A stretch of 45,078 nucleotides of DNA, taken from contig JAZLEL010000016.1 in NCBI GenBank assembly GCA_045615265.1, forward strand, positions 1 through 45,078. The letters run 5' to 3'. The notes beneath the pieces are model-generated. The model was not told the origin of the DNA. It did no database searches and saw only the letters and a list, made by a program, of their open reading frames with translations. This document shows positions 8,880 to 17,383 of the stretch, piece after piece. The translations under genes were made by a program, and so were the position numbers. This DNA comes from Clostridia bacterium. Lineage in GTDB: Bacteria > Bacillota > Clostridia > UMGS1883. Numbering within the stretch: the first letter of the stretch is position 1; the number at the start of each line of letters is the position of its first letter.

Positions 8880-9836
8880 ATGAAGCGTTTTATTGCATTG
8901 GTTTTGTTTTGTTTAATAACTGCTTTTATCATACCTATGGTGGTATTTTTTTTAATGAATTTACATCAGGGCAGACAGAATTTGCAAAAAAATCCTTCAT
9001 CACAGGAAATAAAGGTGTATTTTCCTGATCAAAATGTAATTCAATCAATGGAAATAGAAGAATATTTGTGCGGTGTGGTTGCTGCTGAAATGCCGGCATC
9101 TTTTGAAATGGAGGCATTAAAGGCACAGGCTGTTGCGGCACGAAGCTATACTTTTTACCGTGTGAAAAATCCTACTGCAGAGCATCCCGATGCAGCGGTA
9201 TGCACCGACTTTTCGCATTGTAAAGCTTATAAAACCAAGGAGGAATTAGAAAAGGGGTGGGGGAAAGAAGCTTCGGCTTATTCCAGAAAAATAGAAAATG
9301 CAGTATATGAAACTGCGGGACAGGTCATAACCTACAATGGTGAGGTTGCTATGGCAGTTTTTCATTCACAGGCAGGAAATGGCAGGACAGAAAACTCAAA
9401 GGATGTCTGGGGCGGTGATGTCCCATATCTTATAAGCGTAGAAAGCCACGGGGAGACGGAGGCACCCAATTTTTACTCAACGGCTGTTTTTCCCTTTGAT
9501 GAATTTAAGGAGAAGCTCCTTGAAAAGAAGCCCGATACAATAATAAATACCCCGAATGACATTGGTACGCCAATTGTTAGCGAGGGCGGAAGCGTAAAGA
9601 GTGTAATAATCGGGGGCAAGGAGTTTACAGGTATGGAAATACGTTCTATTTTTGCTTTGAGAAGCAGTTGTTTTAAAATAAAAGCAGATGAAAAAACAGT
9701 AACTTTTGAAGTGTCGGGCTATGGACACGGGGTCGGTATGAGCCAATATGGTGCAAACACTATGGCTAAGGAAGGATATAATTATACCCAAATACTTACG
9801 CATTATTATACCGGAACGAAAGTCGAGGGTGTTTAA
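8880..9836 (+). CDS. spoIID: Stage II sporulation protein D (SpoIID/LytB family lytic transglycosylase)
   Basis: N-terminal TM anchor, then EEYLCGVVAAEMPASFEMEALKAQAVAARSY, FHSQAGNGRTENSKDVWG and GYGHGVGMSQYGANTMAKEG. Confidence 0.85.
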   Translation: MKRFIALVLFCLITAFIIPMVVFFLMNLHQGRQNLQKNPSSQEIKVYFPDQNVIQSMEIEEYLCGVVAAEMPASFEMEALKAQAVAARSYTFYRVKNPTAEHPDAAVCTDFSHCKAYKTKEELEKGWGKEASAYSRKIENAVYETAGQVITYNGEVAMAVFHSQAGNGRTENSKDVWGGDVPYLISVESHGETEAPNFYSTAVFPFDEFKEKLLEKKPDTIINTPNDIGTPIVSEGGSVKSVIIGGKEFTGMEIRSIFALRSSCFKIKADEKTVTFEVSGYGHGVGMSQYGANTMAKEGYNYTQILTHYYTGTKVEGV

Positions 9837-9880
9837 AGGACTATCAATATGGAAACAATATAACCAAGGAGAGTGAGATA

Positions 9881-10573
9881 ATGAAAAAATTTCAAACATC
9901 AATAATTCTGGCAATAGTTATTTCAGTGTTTTTATTAAGTTTTCTTATTGGGAGAGCAACCGCATTAAAAGAAAAGGAAGAAGCTAGGAGAAATGAAATT
10001 TATTCGGGCAGTATACTGATTTCCAAGGATGACGAACCCTCGCAAGCAGCATCTTCAACAGAAAAAAATGTACCAAAAGAAGATGAAAAAGCAAAGGAAA
10101 AAGAAACTGTTACAGAAAAAAATAAGACCAAGATAGAAAAGAAGGAAAAAAATTCAGATAACACTCCTCCTGAAAGGATGCTTTTTCCTTGTGGACAAGC
10201 AATTCTCAATGGGTATTCCCAAACAGCAGTGTACTCAAAAACAATGGATGACTGGCGAGCACATACAGGTATTGATTATGAGGCGGAGGAGGGTGCAGTA
10301 GTTGTCAGTGTTTGGGACGGAATAGTAAAAAAAGTGTATAAAGATGCCTTTTGGGGATACACGGTGGAAATTTTACATGATGGAGATATATACAGTGTAT
10401 ACAAAAACCTGAAGAAAAACATTTCTGTAAAGGAAGGAGATAAAGTTACAAAAGGACAAGCTATCGGAGAAGTAGGAAGTAGTGCAGCTGTTGAAAAGAG
10501 GGAAAAGCCACATTTGCACTTTGAATTGTGGGCAGGCGGAGAAACTATAAACCCCGAATCCTATATTTATTAA
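9881..10573 (+). CDS. Membrane-anchored M23/LytM-domain protein, SpoIIQ-like
   Basis: N-terminal TM helix, a K/E-rich linker, then a LytM domain with HTGIDY (HxxxD) and HLHFEL (HxH). It lies immediately downstream of spoIID. Confidence 0.7.
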   Translation: MKKFQTSIILAIVISVFLLSFLIGRATALKEKEEARRNEIYSGSILISKDDEPSQAASSTEKNVPKEDEKAKEKETVTEKNKTKIEKKEKNSDNTPPERMLFPCGQAILNGYSQTAVYSKTMDDWRAHTGIDYEAEEGAVVVSVWDGIVKKVYKDAFWGYTVEILHDGDIYSVYKNLKKNISVKEGDKVTKGQAIGEVGSSAAVEKREKPHLHFELWAGGETINPESYIY

Positions 10574-10597
10574 CTGAATAATATTTGGCATAATATG

Positions 10598-10626
10598 TTG
10601 ACAAAAATAGAAAATTTTGTTATCAT
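10598..10626 (+). promoter_or_regulatory. Candidate sigma-A promoter driving the lysine riboswitch
   Basis: TTGACA, 17-nt spacer, TGtTATCAT (extended -10). It sits about 20 nt upstream of the aptamer. Confidence 0.55.
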
Positions 10627-10647
10627 ATTGGTAAATTAAAGACAAAA

Positions 10648-10810
10648 TTGGTAGAGGCGCGGTTACTATAAGTAAATCCCGATTTATATGGCATTTTTAG
10701 AGATTGAAAGGAGTCGCCGCCGAAGCGTATATGGCTTGCCAAGCGGTATATGCTGGTTCGTCAGAGAATATCTGCCGGACTGTCACAGAAGTGTGGAGTG
10801 CTATCGTGTA
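10648..10810 (+). promoter_or_regulatory. Lysine riboswitch (L-box) aptamer
   Basis: The conserved L-box blocks occur in order: GGTAGAGGCGCGG, AGTAA, TGAAAGGAGTCGCCGCCGAAGC, GCTGG, GCCGGACTGTCAC, TGGAGTGCTATC. Confidence 0.9.
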
Positions 10811-10824
10811 TCAAAGATTATTTT

Positions 10825-10854
10825 AAGGTCACGGTTGCACCGTGACCTTTTTTG
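10825..10854 (+). terminator. Riboswitch expression-platform terminator
   Basis: aggtcacgg-ttgca-ccgtgacct followed by TTTTTT, 20 nt upstream of the transporter start codon. Confidence 0.8.
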
Positions 10855-10874
10855 TCGAACAAAGGAGGATAAAA

Positions 10875-12467
10875 ATGAAAAGAAAGAATCTACTTTTCAC
10901 AATTTGCACATTGATTATGTCATTGTGCGTGCTTTTCCCTTTAGCTGTTTTTGCTGAAGGTGAAACGGTGAGCAAGATGCCAGGTACATGGTGGTCATTA
11001 ATTCCCCCGGTAATAGCTATCGGCCTTGCACTCATTACTAAAGAGGTTTACAGTTCCCTTTTTGTAGGTGTTCTTGTAGGTGGTATGTTTGCCGCTAACT
11101 TTGCACCTTTAAAGTCCGTTGACAATATTTTAAACGAAGGTATTGTTGCGGCAGTTTCCGGTACAGCGGGCATTTTCGTATTCCTTGTAGTGCTTGGTGC
11201 AATTGTTGCCCTTGTAAACAAGGCAGGCGGTAGTGCTGCTTTCGGTAAGTGGGCAAAACAGAACATCAAGTCAAGAACAGGTGCAATGCTTGCTACATTT
11301 GTTCTTGGTGTACTTATTTTCATTGATGACTATTTTAACTGCCTTACAGTTGGTTCTGTAATGCGTCCTGTAACTGATTCTCATAAGATTTCAAGAGCGA
11401 AACTTTCTTATATTATCGATGCAACAGCAGCTCCTATATGCATGATTGCTCCCATTTCTTCTTGGGCAGCAGCAGTTTCCGAATTTGCTCCTGAAGGACA
11501 GGGTCTCAGCCTTTTTATAAGAGCAATCCCTTTTAACTTCTATTCATTACTTACACTCGTGTTCATTATTGCACTTGCACTTATGAAATTTGATTTCGGT
11601 CCCATGGCTCTTCATGAAAAAAATGCCATTGAAAAGGGTGACCTTTATACAACAGGTGACCGTGCAGAAAGCGAGCAGGTAGTTCCCTCTGCAAAGGGCA
11701 AGGTTATCGACCTTCTTTTCCCGATAATCGTTCTTATTGCAATTTGTGTATTTGCTCTCGTGTATGTTGGTGGTATCCTTGATGGTGCAAACTTTATTGA
11801 TGCATTCTCCAACACAGATGCAACTATCGGTCTTCCTTGGGGCGGACTTCTGGCACTTGTTATAACTGTTATTTACATGGTAGCACGCCGTGTAATGACA
11901 TTTAAAGAAGCAATGGATTGTATTCCCAAGGGCTTTGTAGCAATGGTTCCTGCAATCACAATTCTTACCCTTGCAACTGCACTTAAGAATATGACAGGTC
12001 TTCTTGGTGCAGATGTGTTTGTAGCAGGTCTTATGGAGGGTGCTGCAGCGGGTCTTGCTGACTTCCTTCCCGCAATCATATTCCTTGTTGCTTGCTTCCT
12101 TTCATTCTCAACAGGTACATCATGGGGTACATTTGGTATCCTCATTCCCATCGTTGTTGCAATCTTCCCGACTGAAAGCCCCAACCTCATAATTGGTATG
12201 TCTGCCTGCCTTGCAGGTGCAGTTTGCGGTGACCACTGTTCACCCATTTCAGATACAACTATTATGTCTTCAGCAGGCGGTGAGTGTAACCACATTAATC
12301 ACGTATCTACACAGATGCCTTACGCAATCAGCGTTGCTGCAATTTCTTTCGTAATGTATGTGATTTCAGCATTTATTAAGAGTGCAGTTATTCTGCTTCC
12401 TATCGGAATAGTGTTGACACTTGCATTCTTGTTCATTATGAAAACGATAACAAAGAAAAATGCATAA
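10875..12467 (+). CDS. NhaC-family Na+/H+ antiporter-type transporter (candidate lysine transporter)
   Basis: About 12 TM segments with NhaC-like composition. The ATG at 10875 lies 7 nt after AAAGGAGG. It is under L-box control. Confidence 0.8.
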   Translation: MKRKNLLFTICTLIMSLCVLFPLAVFAEGETVSKMPGTWWSLIPPVIAIGLALITKEVYSSLFVGVLVGGMFAANFAPLKSVDNILNEGIVAAVSGTAGIFVFLVVLGAIVALVNKAGGSAAFGKWAKQNIKSRTGAMLATFVLGVLIFIDDYFNCLTVGSVMRPVTDSHKISRAKLSYIIDATAAPICMIAPISSWAAAVSEFAPEGQGLSLFIRAIPFNFYSLLTLVFIIALALMKFDFGPMALHEKNAIEKGDLYTTGDRAESEQVVPSAKGKVIDLLFPIIVLIAICVFALVYVGGILDGANFIDAFSNTDATIGLPWGGLLALVITVIYMVARRVMTFKEAMDCIPKGFVAMVPAITILTLATALKNMTGLLGADVFVAGLMEGAAAGLADFLPAIIFLVACFLSFSTGTSWGTFGILIPIVVAIFPTESPNLIIGMSACLAGAVCGDHCSPISDTTIMSSAGGECNHINHVSTQMPYAISVAAISFVMYVISAFIKSAVILLPIGIVLTLAFLFIMKTITKKNA

Positions 12468-12475
12468 TTAGCATT

Positions 12476-12507
12476 AAAAACCGCTGCCTAGTGGCAGCGG
12501 TTTTTTT
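12476..12507 (+). terminator. Rho-independent terminator
   Basis: aaaaaccgctgcc-tagt-ggcagcggttttttt. Confidence 0.85.
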
Positions 12508-12598
12508 ATTTCTTTTCATAGTATATTAAACTTTTGCTTGAAATAATAACTGATAACTGATAAACTTACTTTAAGTATAAAAAGCGAAAGGTGGGTTA

Positions 12599-13297
12599 AT
12601 GGTGAAATTTATAAAAAGATTATTCTCAGGCATCCTGATTTCAGTAATTATTATTACGGCAGTAGTTGTTGCAGGAGGATGGGGAAAATATAAACAGGCA
12701 ACCTCGCGCCTTTCGATCGAAGATGCTGCTAGAAATATAAAATCAGAGGAAAGCTTCTCATCAATTGATGACATTTCGCTGACCTTTGTGAACGCTATGA
12801 TTGCGGTGGAGGACAGGCGTTTCTATAAGCATAAAGGCATTGATATTATAGGTTTGGGACGTGCTATAAAGAAAAATATAAAAGAAAAAGCCCTTGTTGA
12901 GGGGGGGAGCTGCATAACGCAGCAGCTTGCAAAAAATATATATTTTATGAATGATAACAGTATAACACGTAAGATAGCGGAAATTTTTGTGGCAGTTGAA
13001 CTGGAAAAAAAGTTTTCCAAGAAAGAAATGCTGGAGCTTTATTTTAATGTTATCTATTACGGAAGTGGTTATTATAATGTATATGATGCCTCTAAAGGCT
13101 ATTTTGGGAAAACTCCCTACGAACTAACTGATTATGAGGCAACGCTGCTTGCAGGAATACCTAATGCCCCTTCTGTATATTCGCTTGATAATAATCCTCA
13201 ACTTGCAAAGAAGAGGCAAAAAGTTGTTCTTGAGGCTATGGTTGATATGAAGTATCTTACAAAGGAAGAGGCAAATACAATACTTTCACAACAATGA
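12599..13297 (+). CDS. Monofunctional peptidoglycan glycosyltransferase (GT51)
   Basis: TM anchor followed by the GT51 motifs EDRRFYKHKGID, GGSCITQQLAKN and RKIAEIFVAVELEKKFSKKEMLELYFN. There is no transpeptidase domain (232 aa). Confidence 0.85.
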   Translation: MVKFIKRLFSGILISVIIITAVVVAGGWGKYKQATSRLSIEDAARNIKSEESFSSIDDISLTFVNAMIAVEDRRFYKHKGIDIIGLGRAIKKNIKEKALVEGGSCITQQLAKNIYFMNDNSITRKIAEIFVAVELEKKFSKKEMLELYFNVIYYGSGYYNVYDASKGYFGKTPYELTDYEATLLAGIPNAPSVYSLDNNPQLAKKRQKVVLEAMVDMKYLTKEEANTILSQQ

Positions 13298-13340
13298 TTG
13301 CTTTATTTAGCAACACACATTCCGAAAAGGTGAAAAAATT

Positions 13341-15809
13341 ATGGATAAATACAATGTTACGGGTATGAGCTGCGCAGCATGCAGTGCCCGTGTTGAAAAA
13401 GCTGTTTTAAATGTAAAAGGTGTTACAGGGTGCAGTGTAAACCTTTTGACAAATTCAATGATAGTGGAAGGCAGTGCTGATGAAGAGTCTGTTATAGCTG
13501 CTGTTAATGATGCAGGATATGGTGCAGAAAAAATTGGGGACAAGAGGAATAATAATCCCTCAGAAAATTTGACAGAAGAATATGGACTTAAACTTATGAA
13601 AGCAAGGTTTATATCTTCTGTTATAATTCTAATTGTATTGATGTATTTCTCGATGGGACAAATGCTCTTTGGGATTGAATATTTCGGTATATTCAAAAAC
13701 AATCCCCTTTCTGTGGGGATTGTGCAGATGCTTCTTTCAGGAATCATAATGGTAATAAACCAGAAATTTTTTATAAGCGCATATAAAAGTATCATTCATC
13801 GCGCACCGAATATGGATGTGCTGGTTTCAATTGGCTCATTAGCATCCTTTGCTTACAGTGCATACGTTCTTATTGCTATGGCAGATGCATATATAAGTGG
13901 CAATCACGAAGTTATACACAGCTTAAGCCACGAGTTTTATTTTGAGTCTGCCGCAATGATTCTAACTCTTATTACGGTAGGAAAAATGCTTGAAACGTAT
14001 TCTAAAGGTAAGACAACAAATGCAATCAAAAGCCTTATGGAGCTTGCACCGAAAACGGCAACCGTCATCCGTAAAGGGGAAGAACTTGTCATACCTGCAA
14101 GCGAGATTGTTCTAGGTGATATATTTGTCGTATTGCCTGGAAAAAGCATCCCTACAGATGGAGAAATAATAGAAGGTCACAGTGCAGTAAATGAGTCTGC
14201 ACTTACAGGTGAAAGCTTGCCGGTGGATAAAAGTGTGGGAGACAAGGTTTCGCAGGCAACAATAAATCAGTCAGGTTTTCTAAAATGCAGGGCGACAGGG
14301 GTAGGCAGCGATACTACCCTTTCAAAAATCATACAGATGGTTAGTGATGCTGCAGCAACAAAAGCACCTATTGCCAAAATTGCCGATAAGGTATCCGGAA
14401 TTTTTGTTCCCATTGTAATATCGATTGCCGTCATAACTACTATTATATGGCTGATAGCAGGGGAGAGCTTTGGCTTTTCATTAGCAAGGGGCGTTTGCGT
14501 GCTTGTGATAAGCTGTCCTTGTGCACTTGGACTTGCAACACCGGTTGCAATAATGGTTGGAAGCGGTGTTGGTGCAAAAAATGGTATTCTTTTTAAAACC
14601 TCGGAAGCTCTGGAACAGACCGGCAGAGTTAATGTTGTTGCCATTGATAAAACGGGTACAATCACAAAGGGAGAACCGAGGGTTGCTGATATTTTGCCGC
14701 AAGATGGAATTAGTGAAACAGAGCTATTATCAGCTGCATATTCTTTGGAAAAACACAGTGAACATCCCTTGGCAAAAGCAATTACTCTAAAATGCAATGA
14801 AAGAAATATTTCATATGAGCCATTATCTGATTTTGTTTCACTTGCGGGAAGCGGTGTAAAGGGTAATTTAAACGGAGAACCGCTTTTTGGTGGAAATATG
14901 AAATTTATGAAGGATATCGCAGAAATATCCCAGGATACTGTTTTGAATATAGAAAAATTTTCCGATGAAGGAAAGACCCCTCTTTTATTTGCAAAAAGCG
15001 GAAAATTACTGGGAATAATCGCCGTTGCCGATGTTATTAAGGATGATAGCAAACAGGCAATAGAAGCTCTTAAGAAATTAGGTATACGTACTGTGATGCT
15101 TACGGGTGATAATGAAAAAACTGCCAAGGTTATTGCACGCCATACAGGTATTGAAGAGGTCATTTCCGATGTTCTTCCTGAGGGTAAGGAAAAGGCTATT
15201 CGTGACATTTATAAAGAGGGTATAGTCGCTATGGTCGGTGATGGAATTAATGATGCACCTGCGTTAACTTCTGCTAATGTTGGTATAGCAATAGGTGCAG
15301 GCACTGATATTGCCATAGAATCGGCAGATGTCGTTTTGACAAGCAGTACACTTTCAGGTGTTGTAACAGCGATAAAACTTAGCCGTGCAACAATTAAAAA
15401 CATTCGTGAAAATCTGTTTTGGGCATTCTTTTATAATATTATAGGAATTCCGCTCGCAGCAGGTTTTTGGATACCTATTACAGGCTGGAAACTTAATCCG
15501 ATGTTTGCTGCTGCAGCAATGAGCCTTTCAAGCTTTTGTGTAATAACGAATGCACTAAGATTGAATTTCTTTAAGACGGATAGAAAAATAAAGGAGGAAA
15601 AACAAATGGAAACAATTCTTAAAATTGAAGGTATGATGTGCCCTCATTGTGAGAACAGGGTGAAAGATGTGCTTCAGGCAATTGAGGGAGTGACAGAAGT
15701 ATCCGCAAGCCACCAAAAGAATGAAGCAATTGTAAAAAGGGACAAGGAAATTCCTTTTGAAACCCTCAAAGAAACTGTTGAGGCACAGGGTTATAAAGTA
15801 ATAAACTAA
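13341..15809 (+). CDS. copA: Copper-translocating P1B-type ATPase with N- and C-terminal heavy-metal-binding domains
   Basis: N-terminal HMA (GMSCAACSARVEKA), CPC in TM6 (SCPCALGLATP), DKTGTIT, GDGINDAP, the YN...P and MSLSS copper-site motifs, and a second HMA domain (GMMCPHCENRVKD) at the C-terminus. Confidence 0.95.
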   Translation: MDKYNVTGMSCAACSARVEKAVLNVKGVTGCSVNLLTNSMIVEGSADEESVIAAVNDAGYGAEKIGDKRNNNPSENLTEEYGLKLMKARFISSVIILIVLMYFSMGQMLFGIEYFGIFKNNPLSVGIVQMLLSGIIMVINQKFFISAYKSIIHRAPNMDVLVSIGSLASFAYSAYVLIAMADAYISGNHEVIHSLSHEFYFESAAMILTLITVGKMLETYSKGKTTNAIKSLMELAPKTATVIRKGEELVIPASEIVLGDIFVVLPGKSIPTDGEIIEGHSAVNESALTGESLPVDKSVGDKVSQATINQSGFLKCRATGVGSDTTLSKIIQMVSDAAATKAPIAKIADKVSGIFVPIVISIAVITTIIWLIAGESFGFSLARGVCVLVISCPCALGLATPVAIMVGSGVGAKNGILFKTSEALEQTGRVNVVAIDKTGTITKGEPRVADILPQDGISETELLSAAYSLEKHSEHPLAKAITLKCNERNISYEPLSDFVSLAGSGVKGNLNGEPLFGGNMKFMKDIAEISQDTVLNIEKFSDEGKTPLLFAKSGKLLGIIAVADVIKDDSKQAIEALKKLGIRTVMLTGDNEKTAKVIARHTGIEEVISDVLPEGKEKAIRDIYKEGIVAMVGDGINDAPALTSANVGIAIGAGTDIAIESADVVLTSSTLSGVVTAIKLSRATIKNIRENLFWAFFYNIIGIPLAAGFWIPITGWKLNPMFAAAAMSLSSFCVITNALRLNFFKTDRKIKEEKQMETILKIEGMMCPHCENRVKDVLQAIEGVTEVSASHQKNEAIVKRDKEIPFETLKETVEAQGYKVIN
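15606..15809 (+). other. CopZ-like HMA domain in frame with copA, with its own SD and ATG
   Basis: AAGGAGG (15591-15597) lies 8 nt before the in-frame ATG at 15606. The segment METILKIEGMMCPHCENRVKDVLQAIEGVTEV...GYKVIN is 67 aa, a complete ferredoxin-fold HMA unit. Confidence 0.6.
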
Positions 15810-15811
15810 AT

Positions 15812-15844
15812 AAAAGAAGCTGCGTTTAAAACGCAGCTTCTTTT
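15812..15844. terminator. Bidirectional terminator between copA and the convergent PLP-enzyme gene
   Basis: aaaagaagctgcgt-ttaaa-acgcagcttctttt, with A and T runs on both sides. Confidence 0.8.
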
Positions 15845-17082
15845 TAATCTGTAATAATCTCGGCAGCGGCATTCATAATTGCCAATCTTGCACTTTCGTA
15901 TGTAATACCGCCCTGCATAAAGCCAACATAAGGTTCTTTAATGGGGGCATCTGCACTAAGCTCGATACTTGCTCCTGAAACAAAGGTTCCTGCGGCCATT
16001 ATAACCTTATGCTGATATCCGGGCATATCCCACGGCATTGGAAGAGCAAAGCTGTCAATGGGAGAGGCTTTCTGAATTCCCTGTATAAATTTAATAAGTT
16101 TTTGTTCAGCATTAAACTTTATTGCCTGAATAATATCATAATGATTTGCTTCGGGTAGGGGATTTACTTCAAACCCGAGTTTTTGCATTAATCCACCACA
16201 GAAAATTGCACTTTTGATTGCTTGTGCAACAATATGAGGAGCCATAAATAACCCCTGATACATATGTCTGTTCTGTCCCAGTGTTGCACCGCATTCCTTG
16301 CCGATTCCCGGTGCGGTCTGGCGGTATGCAGCAAGCTCTACATATTCTTTTTTTCCGGCTATGTAACCTCCTGATTGTGCAAGCGAGCCTCCGATGTTTT
16401 TTATAAGGGAACCTACAACCAAATCAGCACCATGCTGTGTAGGTTCAGTCTTTTCTGCAAATTCACCGTAACAGTTGTCAACAATACAACATACGTCAGG
16501 TCTTAGTGATTTTATATGTGATATTGCCTTGCCAAGTTTTTCGCAACTAAGAGTATCTCGCCAATCGTACCCTTTGGAACGCTGAAGAATTACTGCCTTA
16601 ACATCAGGGGTAAGAGCTTTTGTAATTCCTTCAAAATCGACATTTCCGTCAATCAAATCAACCTGTTTATATGATACGCCGAAATCCTTAAGACTTCCAC
16701 CGCTGTTTCCGGAAATACCGATAACCTCTTCTAAAGTATCATATGGTTTCCCTGTTGCTGCAAGGAGCGTATCCCCAGGGCGAAGCACCGCAAAAAGGGA
16801 AATTGTAAGGCAGTGTGTTCCATTTACAATATTATGCCTGACAAGTGCATCCTCGGCACCAAAAATATCTGCATAAATCGCTTCGAGCGTATCTCTGCCC
16901 ACATCACCGTAGCCATATCCGGTAGAAGGGTAAAGACAATTTTCGCCTACACGGTGTTTTATAAATGCATCGAGTACCTTTTCCTGATTAAAACGTGCAA
17001 TTTCGTCAACCCGAGAAAAATAGGGTGCAATTTCTTTCTCAACCTCTTCTGCAAGAGAGCGAATCTTCTCGTTAAGTATCAT
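15844..17082 (-). CDS. YnbB-like PLP-dependent enzyme (methionine gamma-lyase / 'aluminium resistance' family)
   Basis: The 412-aa product shows family-typical segments: YGYGDVGRDTLE, ALVRHNIVNGTHCL, VILQRSKGY and IKNIGGSLAQSGGYIAG. GGAGG lies 8 nt upstream of the ATG. Confidence 0.75.
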   Translation of the reverse strand: MILNEKIRSLAEEVEKEIAPYFSRVDEIARFNQEKVLDAFIKHRVGENCLYPSTGYGYGDVGRDTLEAIYADIFGAEDALVRHNIVNGTHCLTISLFAVLRPGDTLLAATGKPYDTLEEVIGISGNSGGSLKDFGVSYKQVDLIDGNVDFEGITKALTPDVKAVILQRSKGYDWRDTLSCEKLGKAISHIKSLRPDVCCIVDNCYGEFAEKTEPTQHGADLVVGSLIKNIGGSLAQSGGYIAGKKEYVELAAYRQTAPGIGKECGATLGQNRHMYQGLFMAPHIVAQAIKSAIFCGGLMQKLGFEVNPLPEANHYDIIQAIKFNAEQKLIKFIQGIQKASPIDSFALPMPWDMPGYQHKVIMAAGTFVSGASIELSADAPIKEPYVGFMQGGITYESARLAIMNAAAEIITD

Positions 17083-17084
17083 TT

Positions 17085-17348
17085 TTAGTCCTCCAAAATT
17101 TTTGCTTCATAGAGTTTTTTTATAAACTCATCAATATCCGCAGATGCTTCTTCCTCAGAAACATCGTATTCTTTGAGAACTGCACTGATAAGTTCCTCTC
17201 TGGTAGTTTCTTTTTGCAAAAGATTCCAAAAGAATACACCAGTATCGTTAAGAGTAAGCATGCCGTTAAAGTTTGCATCACTGCTGACAGATACAACTAT
17301 ATTTTTACCTGCTACACTGCGAAGTAAATAACCATCACAAATTTTCAT
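17085..17348 (-). CDS. PqqD-family (RiPP-recognition-element-like) small protein
   Basis: LNDTGVFFWNLLQKETTREELISAVLKEYDVSEEEASADIDEFIKKLYEAKIL matches the PqqD winged-helix pattern. The start is probably the ATG at 17348 (MKICDG...) or the ATGs at 17357/17360, just downstream of AAGGAG. The GTG at 17393 has no SD. Confidence 0.7.
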   Translation of the reverse strand: MKICDGYLLRSVAGKNIVVSVSSDANFNGMLTLNDTGVFFWNLLQKETTREELISAVLKEYDVSEEEASADIDEFIKKLYEAKILED

Positions 17349-17383
17349 TGCAAACATCATCTCCTTAAAATCTGTGTAAATAT

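Noticed and set aside
10050-10170. A purine-rich, seemingly repetitive DNA stretch (gaaaaag/aaagaa units).
   Set aside because: It is in frame and encodes the K/E-rich linker of the SpoIIQ-like protein. It is a low-complexity coding region, not a tandem repeat or array.
10688-10957. An 89-aa plus-strand ORF upstream of and overlapping the NhaC-type gene.
   Set aside because: It is laid over the lysine riboswitch aptamer and its terminator. It has no SD, and the sequence is fully explained as structured RNA.
13298-13340. A search for a CopY/CsoR-type operator or a copper regulator upstream of copA.
   Set aside because: There is no TACAnnTGTA box and no long palindrome, only a 5-bp inverted repeat (ttgct/agcaa). 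There is also no regulator gene nearby. Nothing can be supported.
14267-15208. A 313-aa minus-strand ORF inside copA. Similar long antisense ORFs occur at 909-1295, 9477-9914, 11873-12295, 13307-13795, 21933-22379, 33085-33504, 40864-41292 and 42561-43160.
   Set aside because: They lie fully within, and antisense to, genes with strong motif support. Their products are low-complexity (Ser/Leu/Ile/Pro-rich), and they have no SD-start arrangement. They are typical shadow ORFs of AT-rich coding DNA.
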